Shown: piece after piece, positions 43,321 to 55,400 of the stretch | How positions within the stretch are numbered: position 1 is the stretch's first letter | Layout: each line of letters opens with the position of its first letter | Source: the human T2T-CHM13v2.0 reference genome, Homo sapiens | Assembly: GCF_009914755.1 (NCBI RefSeq) | Contig: NC_060928.1 | Length of the DNA stretch: 64,000 nt | Direction: 5' to 3' (one strand) | Notes under the pieces: model-generated | Databases searched by the model: none | Seen by the model: only the letters and a program-made list of their open reading frames with translations | Told to the model about the DNA's origin: nothing | Position numbers and translations under genes: made by a program

Positions 43321-44110
43321 GAGAGACAACCACAATCATTTTGGCACAGATGGTGGTCATGCAGACCAGTGTGGTAATGGTGTCTATAGCCAAAAGTGGC
43401 CCCACAGGATAAGAAGTGGACTAGATTTGGGTTATGAAAGAAAAAGAAAACCAAAAGATAATTTTGGGCCTGAGCAACTGAATATTTGGAGTTGTCATTT
43501 GCTGAAACAGGAAAGACCTCTAGAGGATTAGGGATGGGAGAGTAGAGGTGAGAAATCAGGGGTTCAGTTTAAGTTTCAAATGCTTAAGATGCATCTCCAA
43601 ACTTGATTTGTAGAGTAAGCAGTTTGATACTGAGTTTGCATTTCAAGGAGAGGGTATAGCTAAAGAGATAAAGTTGAGCTTTGTCAGAGCACAGTTAGTA
43701 TTAAAAGAGCCTACCTGGGGAGTATGTGTATATACAAAAGGGAAGAAGTAAGGGATACCCTAATGTTCGGAAGTTGGTGAGTGAGTCGGAACCCTCAAAG
43801 ACATTGTGATATATGGAAACTAAGAGACAGAGGAGCTCATACTCTCCATGCATCTGGGTTTCTTAATGCCTTCCTCAGATACCTATGAATGTACCGAGAT
43901 TAATTATAAAATAATGATGTAATTCATATTTATCCAAAATCCAAAGGGATATATAAAATGTAATTTTACTCTCCTCTCTCTCTGATGGATAAGGATGTAA
44001 ATGAAAAATAAACAAGGTGATTAAAAAAAAAATCCAGGCTGGATCACAAACTCAATCTTGATTCCTGTCAGCTCTATCTCCTACACCTTCTGTCACATTT
44101 AATGTTCATC

Positions 44111-44194
44111 ATGAAACTTCTGTGATACAAAGAGAACTCAAAAAGTCATCTGATGAAAATTCTGTGATACAAAGAGAACTCAAAAAGTCATCTG
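44111..44194. repeat. 42-bp tandem duplication, one mismatch
   Basis: atgaaa[c/a]ttctgtgatacaaagagaactcaaaaagtcatctg x2. Confidence 0.95.
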
Positions 44195-44679
44195 AATTAT
44201 CAAAGAAAATTGACATTCACTATAATTGCAATGTGCTTTATACTTTTAAGAAAATTAGCAATGCATGAACTGTAGAATTATAACTCCTACATTAACAAGA
44301 TACTCAATTAACAAAAATGCCCATTCCTCAATCAATAGAGGTAAGTGAAAAATTAAAATTCTCATTTAAATAAGTTTGCAGAGTAATATATAATGATATT
44401 TAAGTAAAATAGTTTAACAAGGAAAATTAATGGTGACAATTTTTTATTAAAACCACACTAAATCTTCACAATATAAATGCATGGTTTTCTTCTTATGTTA
44501 TGGTTATGTTATAATTGACTAGTAAATAAATGAAATATATCAGACAGAGATCCTTAAAGTTTTAAAAAGCATTTCAAAGTGACCAATCCAAAGTGTGTGG
44601 ATTAGGTATCTACCTATAAGGAGTGACTTGAGGAGCGTCAAGAAATGTGAAGAATGCAAAGTGTAAAAGAAAGAGGATG

Positions 44680-44810
44680 AACTTAGACTTTGGTTGGATT
44701 GGGTCTTATTAGCTGTGCTACCATGGATAGGTGAATTTACCTATCAGAGCCTTTTCTTGTAAAGCAAAGTCAGTCTCCCTATCAGAGTCGTTGCAGGATT
44801 ATATGAGACC
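44680..44810 (+). mobile_element. MIR fragment
   Basis: cttattagctgtgctaccatggataggtgaatttacctatcagagcct...gtcgttgcaggattatatgaga. Confidence 0.6.
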
Positions 44811-45194
44811 ATTCATTTATTCATGAATTCTTACTGAGTTTTAACTGTGTTTAAAGATGGTGTTAGACCTTGGTTGTGAGAAGAAAAGATAGGATCATTT
44901 GAGTGTGATTCTGTATGTTTATCTATGGTTGAGTAGACAAGGAGACCCACAATATTTGAGCTGAAGTAATACATGAGAAAGCTATTGGAACATATTAGAA
45001 ATGCAAAACGTGTGTATTTTATCTTCTCAATTTTGTTCCCAAATATTTTTCACAAATAGCTAGATGAGATAATTTTTTTAAAAATCACCATCTAATTTTG
45101 ACATGAAGACCTCGTTTCAAAAAAGCCTTTTTAAGACTCAGATTAGAAAATACTGTGAAGTGGATGATGGAAGAAACTAATAGTTTGGGAAAAC

Positions 45195-45355
45195 ACACTA
45201 TTATTTTTAATCCTCAAAACAATATAATAAGGTTAATACTATCAATAGTCTCATTTTAGAATTGGGGAAACTGAAGCTCAAAGAACCAAATGATTTTTCT
45301 AAAGTCATATAACTAAAATGTAGTGAATTTCAAACTTGAGCATAGAACTAACTCT
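45195..45355 (-). mobile_element. MIR fragment
   Basis: ttaatcctcaaaacaat...ctcattttagaattggggaaactgaagctca...aaagtcatataacta. Confidence 0.75.
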
Positions 45356-45381
45356 AAAGATTTTTCTTTACCAATTACCAC

Positions 45382-46290
45382 CAGGGGTGGTTTTGCCACA
45401 ACTAAACGATACTTAAGCTTCAGGTCCCCTTAACCACATGAGATCCTCCCCGTTACCTTAGAAGGCTCTAAGCAATGTGGATAAAGAATGATATAAGGCT
45501 GTCTTATTCCTGTAATGTCAGCCTTTGAGAGGCTGAGGTGGGCAGCTTGGGATTGCTTGAGCCCAGGAGTTCAAGACCAGCCTAGGCAACATAGTGAAAT
45601 CCCATCTCAACAGAAAATCAGCTGGGTGTCATGACGCACACTTGTAGTCCCAGCTACTCTGGAGGCTGAGGTGGGAAGATCACCAGGACGCTGAGGCTGC
45701 AGTGAATCATGATTGTCCTACTGCACTCTAGCCTGGGTAACAGAGAGAGACCCTGTCTCAAAAAAAAAAAAAAAAAAAAAAGAATATCGTCAATCCAAAG
45801 AGATTTAACATTGTTTGCTGCACAAGAAAATTTCACAAGCCTGAAAGTTTATCATAACCATAAACATTTACATAAGTTTACATAAGAGCAATTACAAATT
45901 GTGAAGTGAAAAAGAAACTTCTAAAATGTCAGTAGTAGAAAATTTGATTCATTATGAAAGAGGAAAGACAAAATTATCTTTTCATTTTCTCTACAGAGAT
46001 TGTTATTAAAATATTTTCATCATAATGAAGAGGCAATCAAAAAATATGCTGACAAATGTATAGGGAAAAGATATTTAAAATGTGTGACAGTTAATTAAAA
46101 TAATTATATTATTTTTCTAGATTTTGTAATGTTTGCCATATTTGTTAACTTGAAAATTTGTCATTTAAGATTTTTTTCATTTTCAATAAATGTTTTCCTT
46201 TGTACCCAATTTTGTATTCTTTTTCTAAATGAGAGCCTCTCAAGTTGTGTAAACTTCCACAACTTGAGACAAAACCCAGACATGCCTCTG
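45382..46290 (+). mobile_element. hAT-Tip100 (Zaphod/MER115-like) internally deleted DNA transposon
   Basis: Ends caggggtgg...tgcctctg. cttaagcttcaggtcccct motif. Perfect 8-bp TSD attaccac at 45374-45381 and 46291-46298. Degenerate hAT dimerisation-domain-like sequence at ~45900-46060. Confidence 0.85.
45497..45781 (+). mobile_element. AluJ-like, nested in the hAT element
   Basis: gattgcttgagcccaggagttcaagaccagcctaggcaacatag, with a poly-A tail. Confidence 0.93.
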
Positions 46291-47677
46291 ATTACCACCT
46301 ATCAAATCCCCAGCTTCTTGACAAAGAACAGGTCCACAATGAAACAGAGCAGCAGATGGCCAGGTATGTGGCAAAGGAGGGATGCTCTCACTCTCAGGGT
46401 TGGCCCACCTGAGAGGAGCTGGGAAATGGGCAATTCCTATGAGCCAGAGTAGAGCAGGAGAGAAGTCATTATCTTGAGGGGAGCATCTATCAGGGGACAT
46501 AGGACAATGAGAAAGGAGGTGACTGAAGTGCAAAAAAAACCCACCACACTCCACAGTCTTTCTTTACGGTCTAGACTATATTCTACCATCTTTTGCTGTA
46601 TGGATCACATTCTATAGTTTCTAAATACCTCACCTTTAGCTAGGGAAACATTTCATTTACATACATTTTTCAGAAACTGGCTTATATTACTTTGAGTCCT
46701 TAATTTAAGGCAGATCACAGAAAATCCAATAACAAGAAAGAATCCTAGGAATTCTTTAGACCTGGCTTCATTTTACTACCAAAGAAACTTGACTTACTGA
46801 AGGCCACACAGCTCACTGGAGACAAAAGCTCAATCAATCGGATTAACTGAAAGTCTCTTCTGTGTTTAAGGCATTGGGAAAGGGAGAAAAAGTGACTAAT
46901 AAAAAGAATCTGCCTTATATATTTAATATTTAGGATTAGAACAATATGTATAGTCATTAATAATATATATAAACATATACACATATATATTTAGTTCTAA
47001 CTATTAAATATATGATATATAGTGCATAGTCACTTAAGAGCAACCAAAAATGCTATAAAAACAAAAATAAAACTCCATTAGATATAAGTATAAATAGCAA
47101 TATAAGAATATTTTAACATGCATCAGAAAATTCTAGGGTATTAACATATTTAATAATTGTTAACAGTATTAATAGGAAAACAAATATTTGTATCATTGCC
47201 TATACAAACGAAATTCAGATATGATAGAATTGAACAATTATTCTTTGTTTTTATTTTCTATTTTTTATTATTTGTAATGAATGTTATAGTTCTTTTTTAA
47301 GACAAAATAACTTTCAGATAAATGTCAACTAAACTTTATATATAAACTTTATGTGTGTGTGTGTATACAAAATAATGTCTGAGTCCTCAGAATATAAGAT
47401 TCTAGATAAAATATGAAATTTAGGAATGAAGAAGTCAAAGGCAACAAGATGTTTGTTACTTTGTGAATTACCTCTACCTTTACAGAAATCCAAATTAGTT
47501 TTATCTTTAGCTGGATTCATGAGAGAAATGTTCCATCAAGATAATCCACCAAAAACCACACTTCAAAAGTGAAGTTTGAAAAAAAGAGATTTGTCTTTCC
47601 TAATCTAAAGTAAAACACTGAAAGAAACAGATTAAAACACGAAAGAGGGGATGGAGATTTCAAAATTACTCCATTCT

Positions 47678-47974
<297 letters not shown>

Positions 47975-48722
47975 TTACTCCATTCCATATTACCTCCTAT
48001 CTCCCACTCTATCCCACCCCACCTCATCCGCCTGGGAAAAAACCTTAAAAATTAGTATTTTGAAACAGAACCAGAGTACATTAACTTTCTCTTAATGCCA
48101 TAGCTGTCTGAAAGTTGGAAGGAAAACTCTAAACGAGATTATGGTTCTTCCTTTTTCATTGTTGTTGTGTTTCTGGCCGCTCATTTTTGGGTTTTTGAAA
48201 ACCAAAGAAAGAATAAGCCACTGGATGGACAGACAGACAATTGCTTGAAGCCAAATTATCAGTAGCTTAAGTAGTAATCCTTTAAGTGTATTGCCAAACA
48301 TACCGCAAAGAGATCTGAAATAGCTCTTGAGTGAAAAAAGCTGAGGTGATGTGGTGACAGCATACCTCAAACTGTTCTGACCGCCTGAGACTTTAAGATG
48401 TTACTTTCATCTCCTTAAAAGGTACATAAAGGACAGCGAGGTTTGGAGCCTTCCTTCACTGTAGCTTGAATTATTAGAAGTTTTTTATTGTAATAGTAAA
48501 AATTACCTCCACGATGCAAGCTGTGACAACATAAAAGCTACAGCAATCTCCTGAAATTATAAATGAATCCATTTTAGCTGCATTTTTCTTTGCTTTACCA
48601 GAAGACAGAAAACTGTGAGACGGTGTATGCTATTCCAGTTAGACATACTGGCCTATATCATTAAGATTTCAAGGCAAGAAACCCTTAACAGAATAATAAA
48701 TTTCAGTTCAAAACGGGACTGG

Positions 48723-48991
48723 TTTTTTTTAACTTTTATTTTCGATTCAGGAGCATATGTGCAGGTTTGCTATGTGGGTAAATGGAGTGTCACTGAGGCT
48801 TGGTGTATTAATGATCCCATCACCAAGGCAGTGAGCATAGCACCCAATAGGTAGCCTTTCAACCTACCCACTTCTTCCCAACCTCCCACCTCAAGCGCTC
48901 CCCACTGTCTATTGTTCCCATCTTTGTGTCCATGTGTATTCAATGTTTAGCTCCCACTTACAAGTAAGAACACATAGTTTTTGGTTTTCTG
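48723..48991 (-). mobile_element. L1PA15-17-like 3' UTR fragment
   Basis: aacttttattttcgattcagg...gatcccatcacc...tttagctcccacttacaagtaagaac. Confidence 0.9.
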
Positions 48992-49176
48992 AGAACTGAA
49001 CTAATAAAAATTACCTTGTAAATGTCAAAACATCAGCAGAGCAGTAAACAAACCCCTTTGCCAAAATTCCATTTGGGAAATAGTTGTAATGATTATTTTT
49101 CTTGGTATAAAAATAGAAACAGCAATAGAAAATAGATAATTTAGATTTTTATTTTTTCAGCTTATAAAACTTCTTG

Positions 49177-49407
49177 TTTTTAATTTTTATGGATGCATAA
49201 TAGTTATACATATTTATGGAGTACATGTGATATTTTGATAAGAGCATACAATATGTAGTAATCCAATCGGGGTAATTTGGGTATCCATCACCTCAACCAT
49301 TTATCATTTCTTTTTGTTAGGAACATTTCAATTCTACTCTTTTAGTTATTTTTAAATAAACAATAAATTATCCTTAACTATAGTCACCCTATTGTGGCTG
49401 TACACTA
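49177..49407 (-). mobile_element. L1MA 3' end fragment
   Basis: tacatatttatggagtacatgtgatattttgata...gtatccatcacctcaa...ctatagtcacccta. Confidence 0.9.
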
Positions 49408-49644
49408 GTTTTTTAGAAGCATGACAAATATTATGTATGTTCTTCTGAAGATAAAGGCAAAAACCACAGAGCCATTTATATACTGTAATCTCTTCTCATC
49501 TTCCTTTTATTTCACATTTTTCTGCATTTAGGGAGTAAGGGAAGCATTGTAAAAATGAAACTGGCAAGTTTTTTGGGTTTCTTGTTCTGCTTGTTTGTAC
49601 GTTGTTTGTTTTTTGTTTGTTTGGGGGTTTTGAATGGGGGGGTG

Positions 49645-49902
49645 TTGTTTGTTTGTTTTGAGACAGAGTCTCTGTCACCCAGGCTGGAGTGCAGTGGCAT
49701 GATCTTGGCTCACTGCAGCCTCAACCTCCCTGAGCTAAGGTGATCCTCCTGCCTCAGTCTCCCAAGTAGCTGGGACTACAGGCGTGCACCACCATGCTCG
49801 GCTTTTTTGTAATTTTAGTAGAGACGGTGTTTCACTGTGTTGACCAGGCTGGTCTCGATCTCCTGGCCTCAAGTGATCCATCTGCCTCATCCTCCCAAAG
49901 TG
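49645..49902 (-). mobile_element. Alu (J/S), 5'-truncated, directly joined to the tail of the next Alu
   Basis: Ends at cctcccaaagtg and is followed at once by the T tail of the second Alu. Confidence 0.9.
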
Positions 49903-49906
49903 GTGT

Positions 49907-50200
49907 TTTTTTTTTTAAGACAGAGTCTTACTCTGTCAAATAGGCTGGGGTGCAGTGGTACAACCACGGCTCACCGCAACCTCCATCTCTCAGACTCAAG
50001 TGATCCTCCCACCTCAGCCTCCCAAGTAGCCAGGATTACAGGTGTGCACCACCATGCCGTTTTTTTGTCTTTTTTGTAGAGACGGGGTTTTGCCATGTTG
50101 CCCAGGCTGGTCTCAAACTCCTGGACTCAAGCCATCTGAAGCCACCTGCCTCAGCTTCCCAAAGTGCTAGGATTACAGGTGTGAACCATTGTGCCCAGCC
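49907..50200 (-). mobile_element. AluJ-like
   Basis: ctcaagtgatcctcccacctcagcc...ttgcccaggctggtctcaaactcctggactcaag. Confidence 0.92.
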
Positions 50201-51192
50201 TGCAAGTATTATTTTTTATTAATATATATTTTTTGTAACAAATTCAGACAACACATATGTATACATCAGAAAATAAAGGCCCCATTCTTCCTCTATCCCA
50301 TTCCCTTAATGTTAATATATATCCTTTTTGTTTTCTATGCATATACACTATATGTAACTATAGAATGCATATGTAATGAAATATTCATTTACCCTAACTT
50401 TCAAGTATTTTTAACTTACTTTTATTACAGTATTTAAAACTGTAAGAAAGTCACAGCACCAAAGAGACGAAATATTTTTTGGTCCAAAATGAATAACTGT
50501 TCAGTAACTCCAATCCAAGACGTATAGAAACCAAGTACAATTCTGCATTCTTCCAGGCAATTTTTGTGGAAATGAGATTAGCATAACTTGCCAGGTAAAA
50601 ACAATCATAGTAAAAACCATGGAAACTACTAAACCAGACAATCTTTAAAAAAAAAAAAAAAAAGGCAAGGAACAGAGAGTATACAATATCTCTATTCAGT
50701 AAGGACTCAGATAAGCTTAAATCATAAAATTTTCAGAAACATTGCCAGAAATACCCATATTTGCAGCTTATCCCAAGAGCATTACCAATTCCAGCATACA
50801 TTCTACTGACTTTTTCTCTTTTGCTTCTGGTTTTAAAAATGTCCTTTAACTTCTTAACACTTTAATTAACAAAGAGTTCCTTTAATGTCAGTGCTGTTAT
50901 GTACAATAAAGTGCATCATTTAATGCTACTAAGTTCTAAAGTATTTGTGATTTTTCTTTCATTTATACCAATAACCTGAGTGTGATGCAAATTAACAATT
51001 CCCATATTAGTTGTCTGTGTGTCATTGATACAGCAACTGCAGTCACTGGGTTTCCCAGTGACTATGAGTGATTTAGATTGGATTTACATTGGATTTACAT
51101 TGTATCAGCATCCAAGTGCTAATTTCTGAAACTGGTCACAGTGTGGTTGAATGTGGTAGGATGATTCACTGAGATCCTAAATCCTTACAGCC

Positions 51193-51400
51193 AGTGGTAT
51201 GCTGGTAAATGGTTAACAATCAGTTCTGTGGGATGGGGAGAAGGTCAGCCCTGATTTGCAGTATTTTCCAGTTCCTATGAAATAAATATCCCTACCATCG
51301 CCAATTTGAAGATATCAACATGAGGTCATTGACTTCAGAGTTGGGAAGAGAGGTGCACCTTCAGTTCTTGAGAACCTCTACAAGCTGCCTCTAGCATATT
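51193..51400 (+). mobile_element. MER63A-like hAT-Blackjack element
   Basis: cagtggtatgctggtaaatggttaacaa...gatttgcagt...agagttgggaagaga. Confidence 0.8.
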
Positions 51401-52377
51401 TCTTCATAGATATGTTAAAAATGTAACTTAGAAATCAGTGACATCCAAACCTTTCACTCCCAATAACAACACTCATGATTACCTGAAAAACAAAAAGAAC
51501 CCCAGTCAATATCCTCCCTTTCCCTCTTCCCATTACATCTCTCTCTCTTTTGGAATATTGAGTCTAATGAGTTTAATGGCTCAGCTAAGCTTTTGATCTT
51601 AAGCCTCTTCCCTTGAACCTATGAATTAAAGTCTTCTCTCCACTTGGCACATTTGGCAATACCATGGTCTTTTTAAAAATAAGGGGGAATAAAGGAAACA
51701 TAAAGGCATCTTCCATGGTTGTTTTTTAAGTCCAGAGCAGTAGATGTTTATTTCCTATCAGCAGGACTAGAGTCAAGAGGAAGGCTAAATAACTATAATT
51801 ACTCCCTAGGGAATATTTGCAACATGCAAAGTTGTGATACTGGGAGCCTCCTCAAAAATTCTTTCCCATCTCTTCATTTTTACAATCACCTCAAATGGCT
51901 TCACATAGTAAGTGCACAGCAAAGTGCCTGGCACAGAGAGATGATGGACACATGTCTGTTGAATAAATATGTGAATATTCATCTCCTCTCTCAATCCTCT
52001 GTCAGTCTTGTGATACCCTTTTATGGACAGCTCTTAGAAGGAAGTATGTATTAATATAAGATAGTTGTACCACCATAATGTATTCTCAGCTATTTTACTT
52101 TGTAAGTAATACAAAGATCAGTGATGGAAGGGAATATGGTTGAAATACTTCTGAATTTAGCAGTGGAAGAATTAATTTGCTAAACTGTGGTTATGAGAAA
52201 ATACTGTATTTCTAAAATTGTCCAAAATTGTTGGTACCTGTGCTGTAACTATTCCTCCAGACTTCAAGGGTCACATTCACTGGGGAGAGCCTGCTTGTAC
52301 TCCAGGAAGCCAAGTGAGCAACTAGAAGACGGCAATAAATGAAAGCACTTGGCTCAGAATTGCATTCAACAAATACT

Positions 52378-52378
<1 letters not shown>

Positions 52379-52418
<40 letters not shown>
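52379..52418. repeat. (GT)20 microsatellite
   Basis: Read directly from the sequence. Confidence 0.97.
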
Positions 52419-52420
<2 letters not shown>

Positions 52421-55400
52421 GCTTTCTGCTTTTCCAATAGTTTCCCTGCTGTTTTTCCTTCACTAATACTATAATCACAAATTAGCACTGTCATAATCTC
52501 TATCAGGAACCTGCCTTCAACTGGGCAGCAGTAGCAACCAGTCCCATATTTTCATGTGTGTAGATAAATGTAGATCTGTTCTTCCTTGAGCTGATGTGGA
52601 AAACAAGGACTTTTGAGGAAGACTCAATTCAATAATTTCATGTGTTTCATTACAAATACACAAAATTATCCCAAGTTGTATCCTTTTATTTTGTAAGCTG
52701 CATTACAATAATTATTTCCCACTATTATCTTTGGAAATATACTGATTGAAATATTGAAATATAAAGTGGTAATACTATATATTACCATTTTATAGTCTCT
52801 GACTAGCTAATCTGAATTTTAATTCAGAGATTCATACGGTACCTAAATACATGTTGCAAGAATGTTTGCTGTCTTAATGAATAAATGAGTGAATGAATTA
52901 ATGATGTAAGGTCAAAATCACTATCGTGGAATCTAAATGCATATTGATGCACAATCCAATTGAAAAGCACTCCCTTAGAACACATCTCATTGCTAGCTTG
53001 GATATTGACCACACTTGATATATTTCATTCAACTCTGCATCTTGTTAGAGACCTGAAAATATGTTATTCTACAACTGCCAAGCCAAATCTTTATAAACTT
53101 TATGGTTATAGTTATTATAGTAGAATAAAATATTGTTCTCTCTAATAAGCTTTCCCAAGAAAATTTTAAAATTTTGGAATTAAACCTGGTTTTATCACTG
53201 TGCCTTCTTAAAAATTCAGTAATTTACATTATAATTAAAAGTTTCAAGCATAATTCTAGAGAAGACAGTTCCCCAGTTGTTGGTATGACTATTTTGTTTG
53301 CCAAAAACCAAAAGGCCGGCAGAGGTCCTTTCAATCCTATAGCTACAAACCTACACAGGAAAGATCTCATCTTAAGTAAAGGAATCTAATGATTTACAGA
53401 GAAAGAGAAAAACTAGTGCCTTCCTAGATAGTAAGAGCTGTATTTCAAACATTTGCCTTCCTATTGGTCCCAGAAATTAATTTCCCAATATAAGAAGACA
53501 AATCCAACTAAAGTCAACTACTTTTCCACTGTTTGGTCATATACTAACCTGTAACTTACAGTACATTCAAGATTCCTTCCTTCCTTCCTTTCTTCAGTAG
53601 ACACAACTAAACAACTGTTATATCCAGTGATTAAAAATTAATGTTTAGAATAGAAAATAAAATTCTACTTATCAATTAAAAATAATGTTTTTTGTGTTCA
53701 AAAAAACTACTAAACAAAGAAACTCATGTTTTTAATAGTAAACACTTATTCAGTATCTACTATTGGCTTTTTTGTTGTTTTTCTTTTTAACTTTAGATTT
53801 AGTACTATTGTTGCTCCCAGAAAACTGGTTGGCTAGCAAGGGCTGTCTGCAAAATCCCCAATGTGGCAATAGTAGAGCTGAAATCACTTTACCCAACTTG
53901 TGTCAGCTATTCCTGATGACAAGAGTGCCAGCAAGGTGGGGCAAGCTTATAGTCAGATTAAGAAGAGGTTTAATCCTCTACTTCCCCAATATTAATATAA
54001 TGCAGCAGTTTCTCTTTCCACAGGGTGCAATTAATAATCATTTCTCATTCAAACAGCTGAGACACAACACTGCCATTAGGCAGTGTTGCTGCAACAGCTG
54101 AGTCATCCCTTTCAATTTGGTGTCAATTAGGCTAATTAGTGGTTAGCAGCTCAGACTGCCCTTCAATCATTTGGAAATGGCTCTCCAAAAAGTCAGGCAC
54201 TTGCTCTAAAATTTTCTCACATACTGATGGTATATGTCTTGACTGCTAAGACAGAAGCTTTAGGCTGGAAAGATGATATTTGGCCACCACATTTATCTGC
54301 CCATTGTCACAAAATAGAGTTTTTCTTGTCCACCCACTAGTTCTATGGCCTCTTGTCAGCCATAGCAGTTGAGGCACAATTTGTTGGCCACTGATATTAC
54401 TGAATCCTATTATCTTTTCATCTCACCAGCTAGGTGGTCGGGGTGTGCTTTCCCCTAAGGGCATATGTACCTGTTAAAACACTATTTCTTTTGGCTCTGA
54501 TTCTAAACCCAGGCAGAAGGGATTAGAAACCTGGCTTTTAATTGTGCTTGCCTTTTTCTTTTGCGAACAGCAATCATTCTGTAACCCCTTTTTGTGATAT
54601 GAGAATGAACACTGGATTAAAGCATATTTTTGATTCCTCACCAACCATTCTAGTCTGTCAGGCACCTTGTTTAAGCCGGTGGGTGTGCTTATCAGCAGCT
54701 CAGCTTTGGCAGAAGGCAAACATTGAGCAATTTCAAAGCAAATCTGGTTCCTACTCCTAGAAAAGATGCCTACGAACAAGTTTATGGAGATAATTCAAAG
54801 AACTATTCAGCATTGTTCATTTAGTTATCAAATTCAAATCTTTAAAGTTTTGACAGAGTAATGATTTCCTTCGTAAGATTTAAATACTCATAATACGTAA
54901 ACAAAGAGCCTTCATACATTATAGAAAAACATAAAGTAGGTTGTTCTGTAAATAAAATCATCATTTGAAATATATCTTTTCAGAATTCAGGTAGTGTTAC
55001 TACTACTTTTTAAAATTGTAATGTATGCTGACATGACTCATCATATAAGAAAATTTCAATTTAAATAATCCTCCACTATGCCCTATCCTAATGGTTTAGA
55101 TTTTAAGAAAAGTTTTCTTGTTCTATTGCGTTATTTATGTTATCAACTTTTTGATTCTAAGAAATTGAATCTCATGTAATAAGACTACATATCAATATAC
55201 TTTGCAAATGCAAAAGAAATTTCAAGGAGTTGGTATAAAATCAGAGAATTTGCTAATTGAATATTAATGATGACTTAGTAAAATATCTAAGTAGTGAATC
55301 TCACACCAAATTTTATGTAAATAATATTCAAAATACATCACTGACACAACAAATTTACATATAGAAGCTTATCTGTGATGCAAGTTAAATATAATCTATA

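Noticed and set aside
44111-44194. CRISPR-like direct repeats (also 2994-3035 and 62733-62771)
   Set aside because: Only two copies each, with no spacer array and no cas genes, in eukaryotic DNA.
53925-54445. CTCF-like motifs ccagcaaggtgggg and ccagctaggtggtc
   Set aside because: Both need a one-base gap to fit the core consensus.
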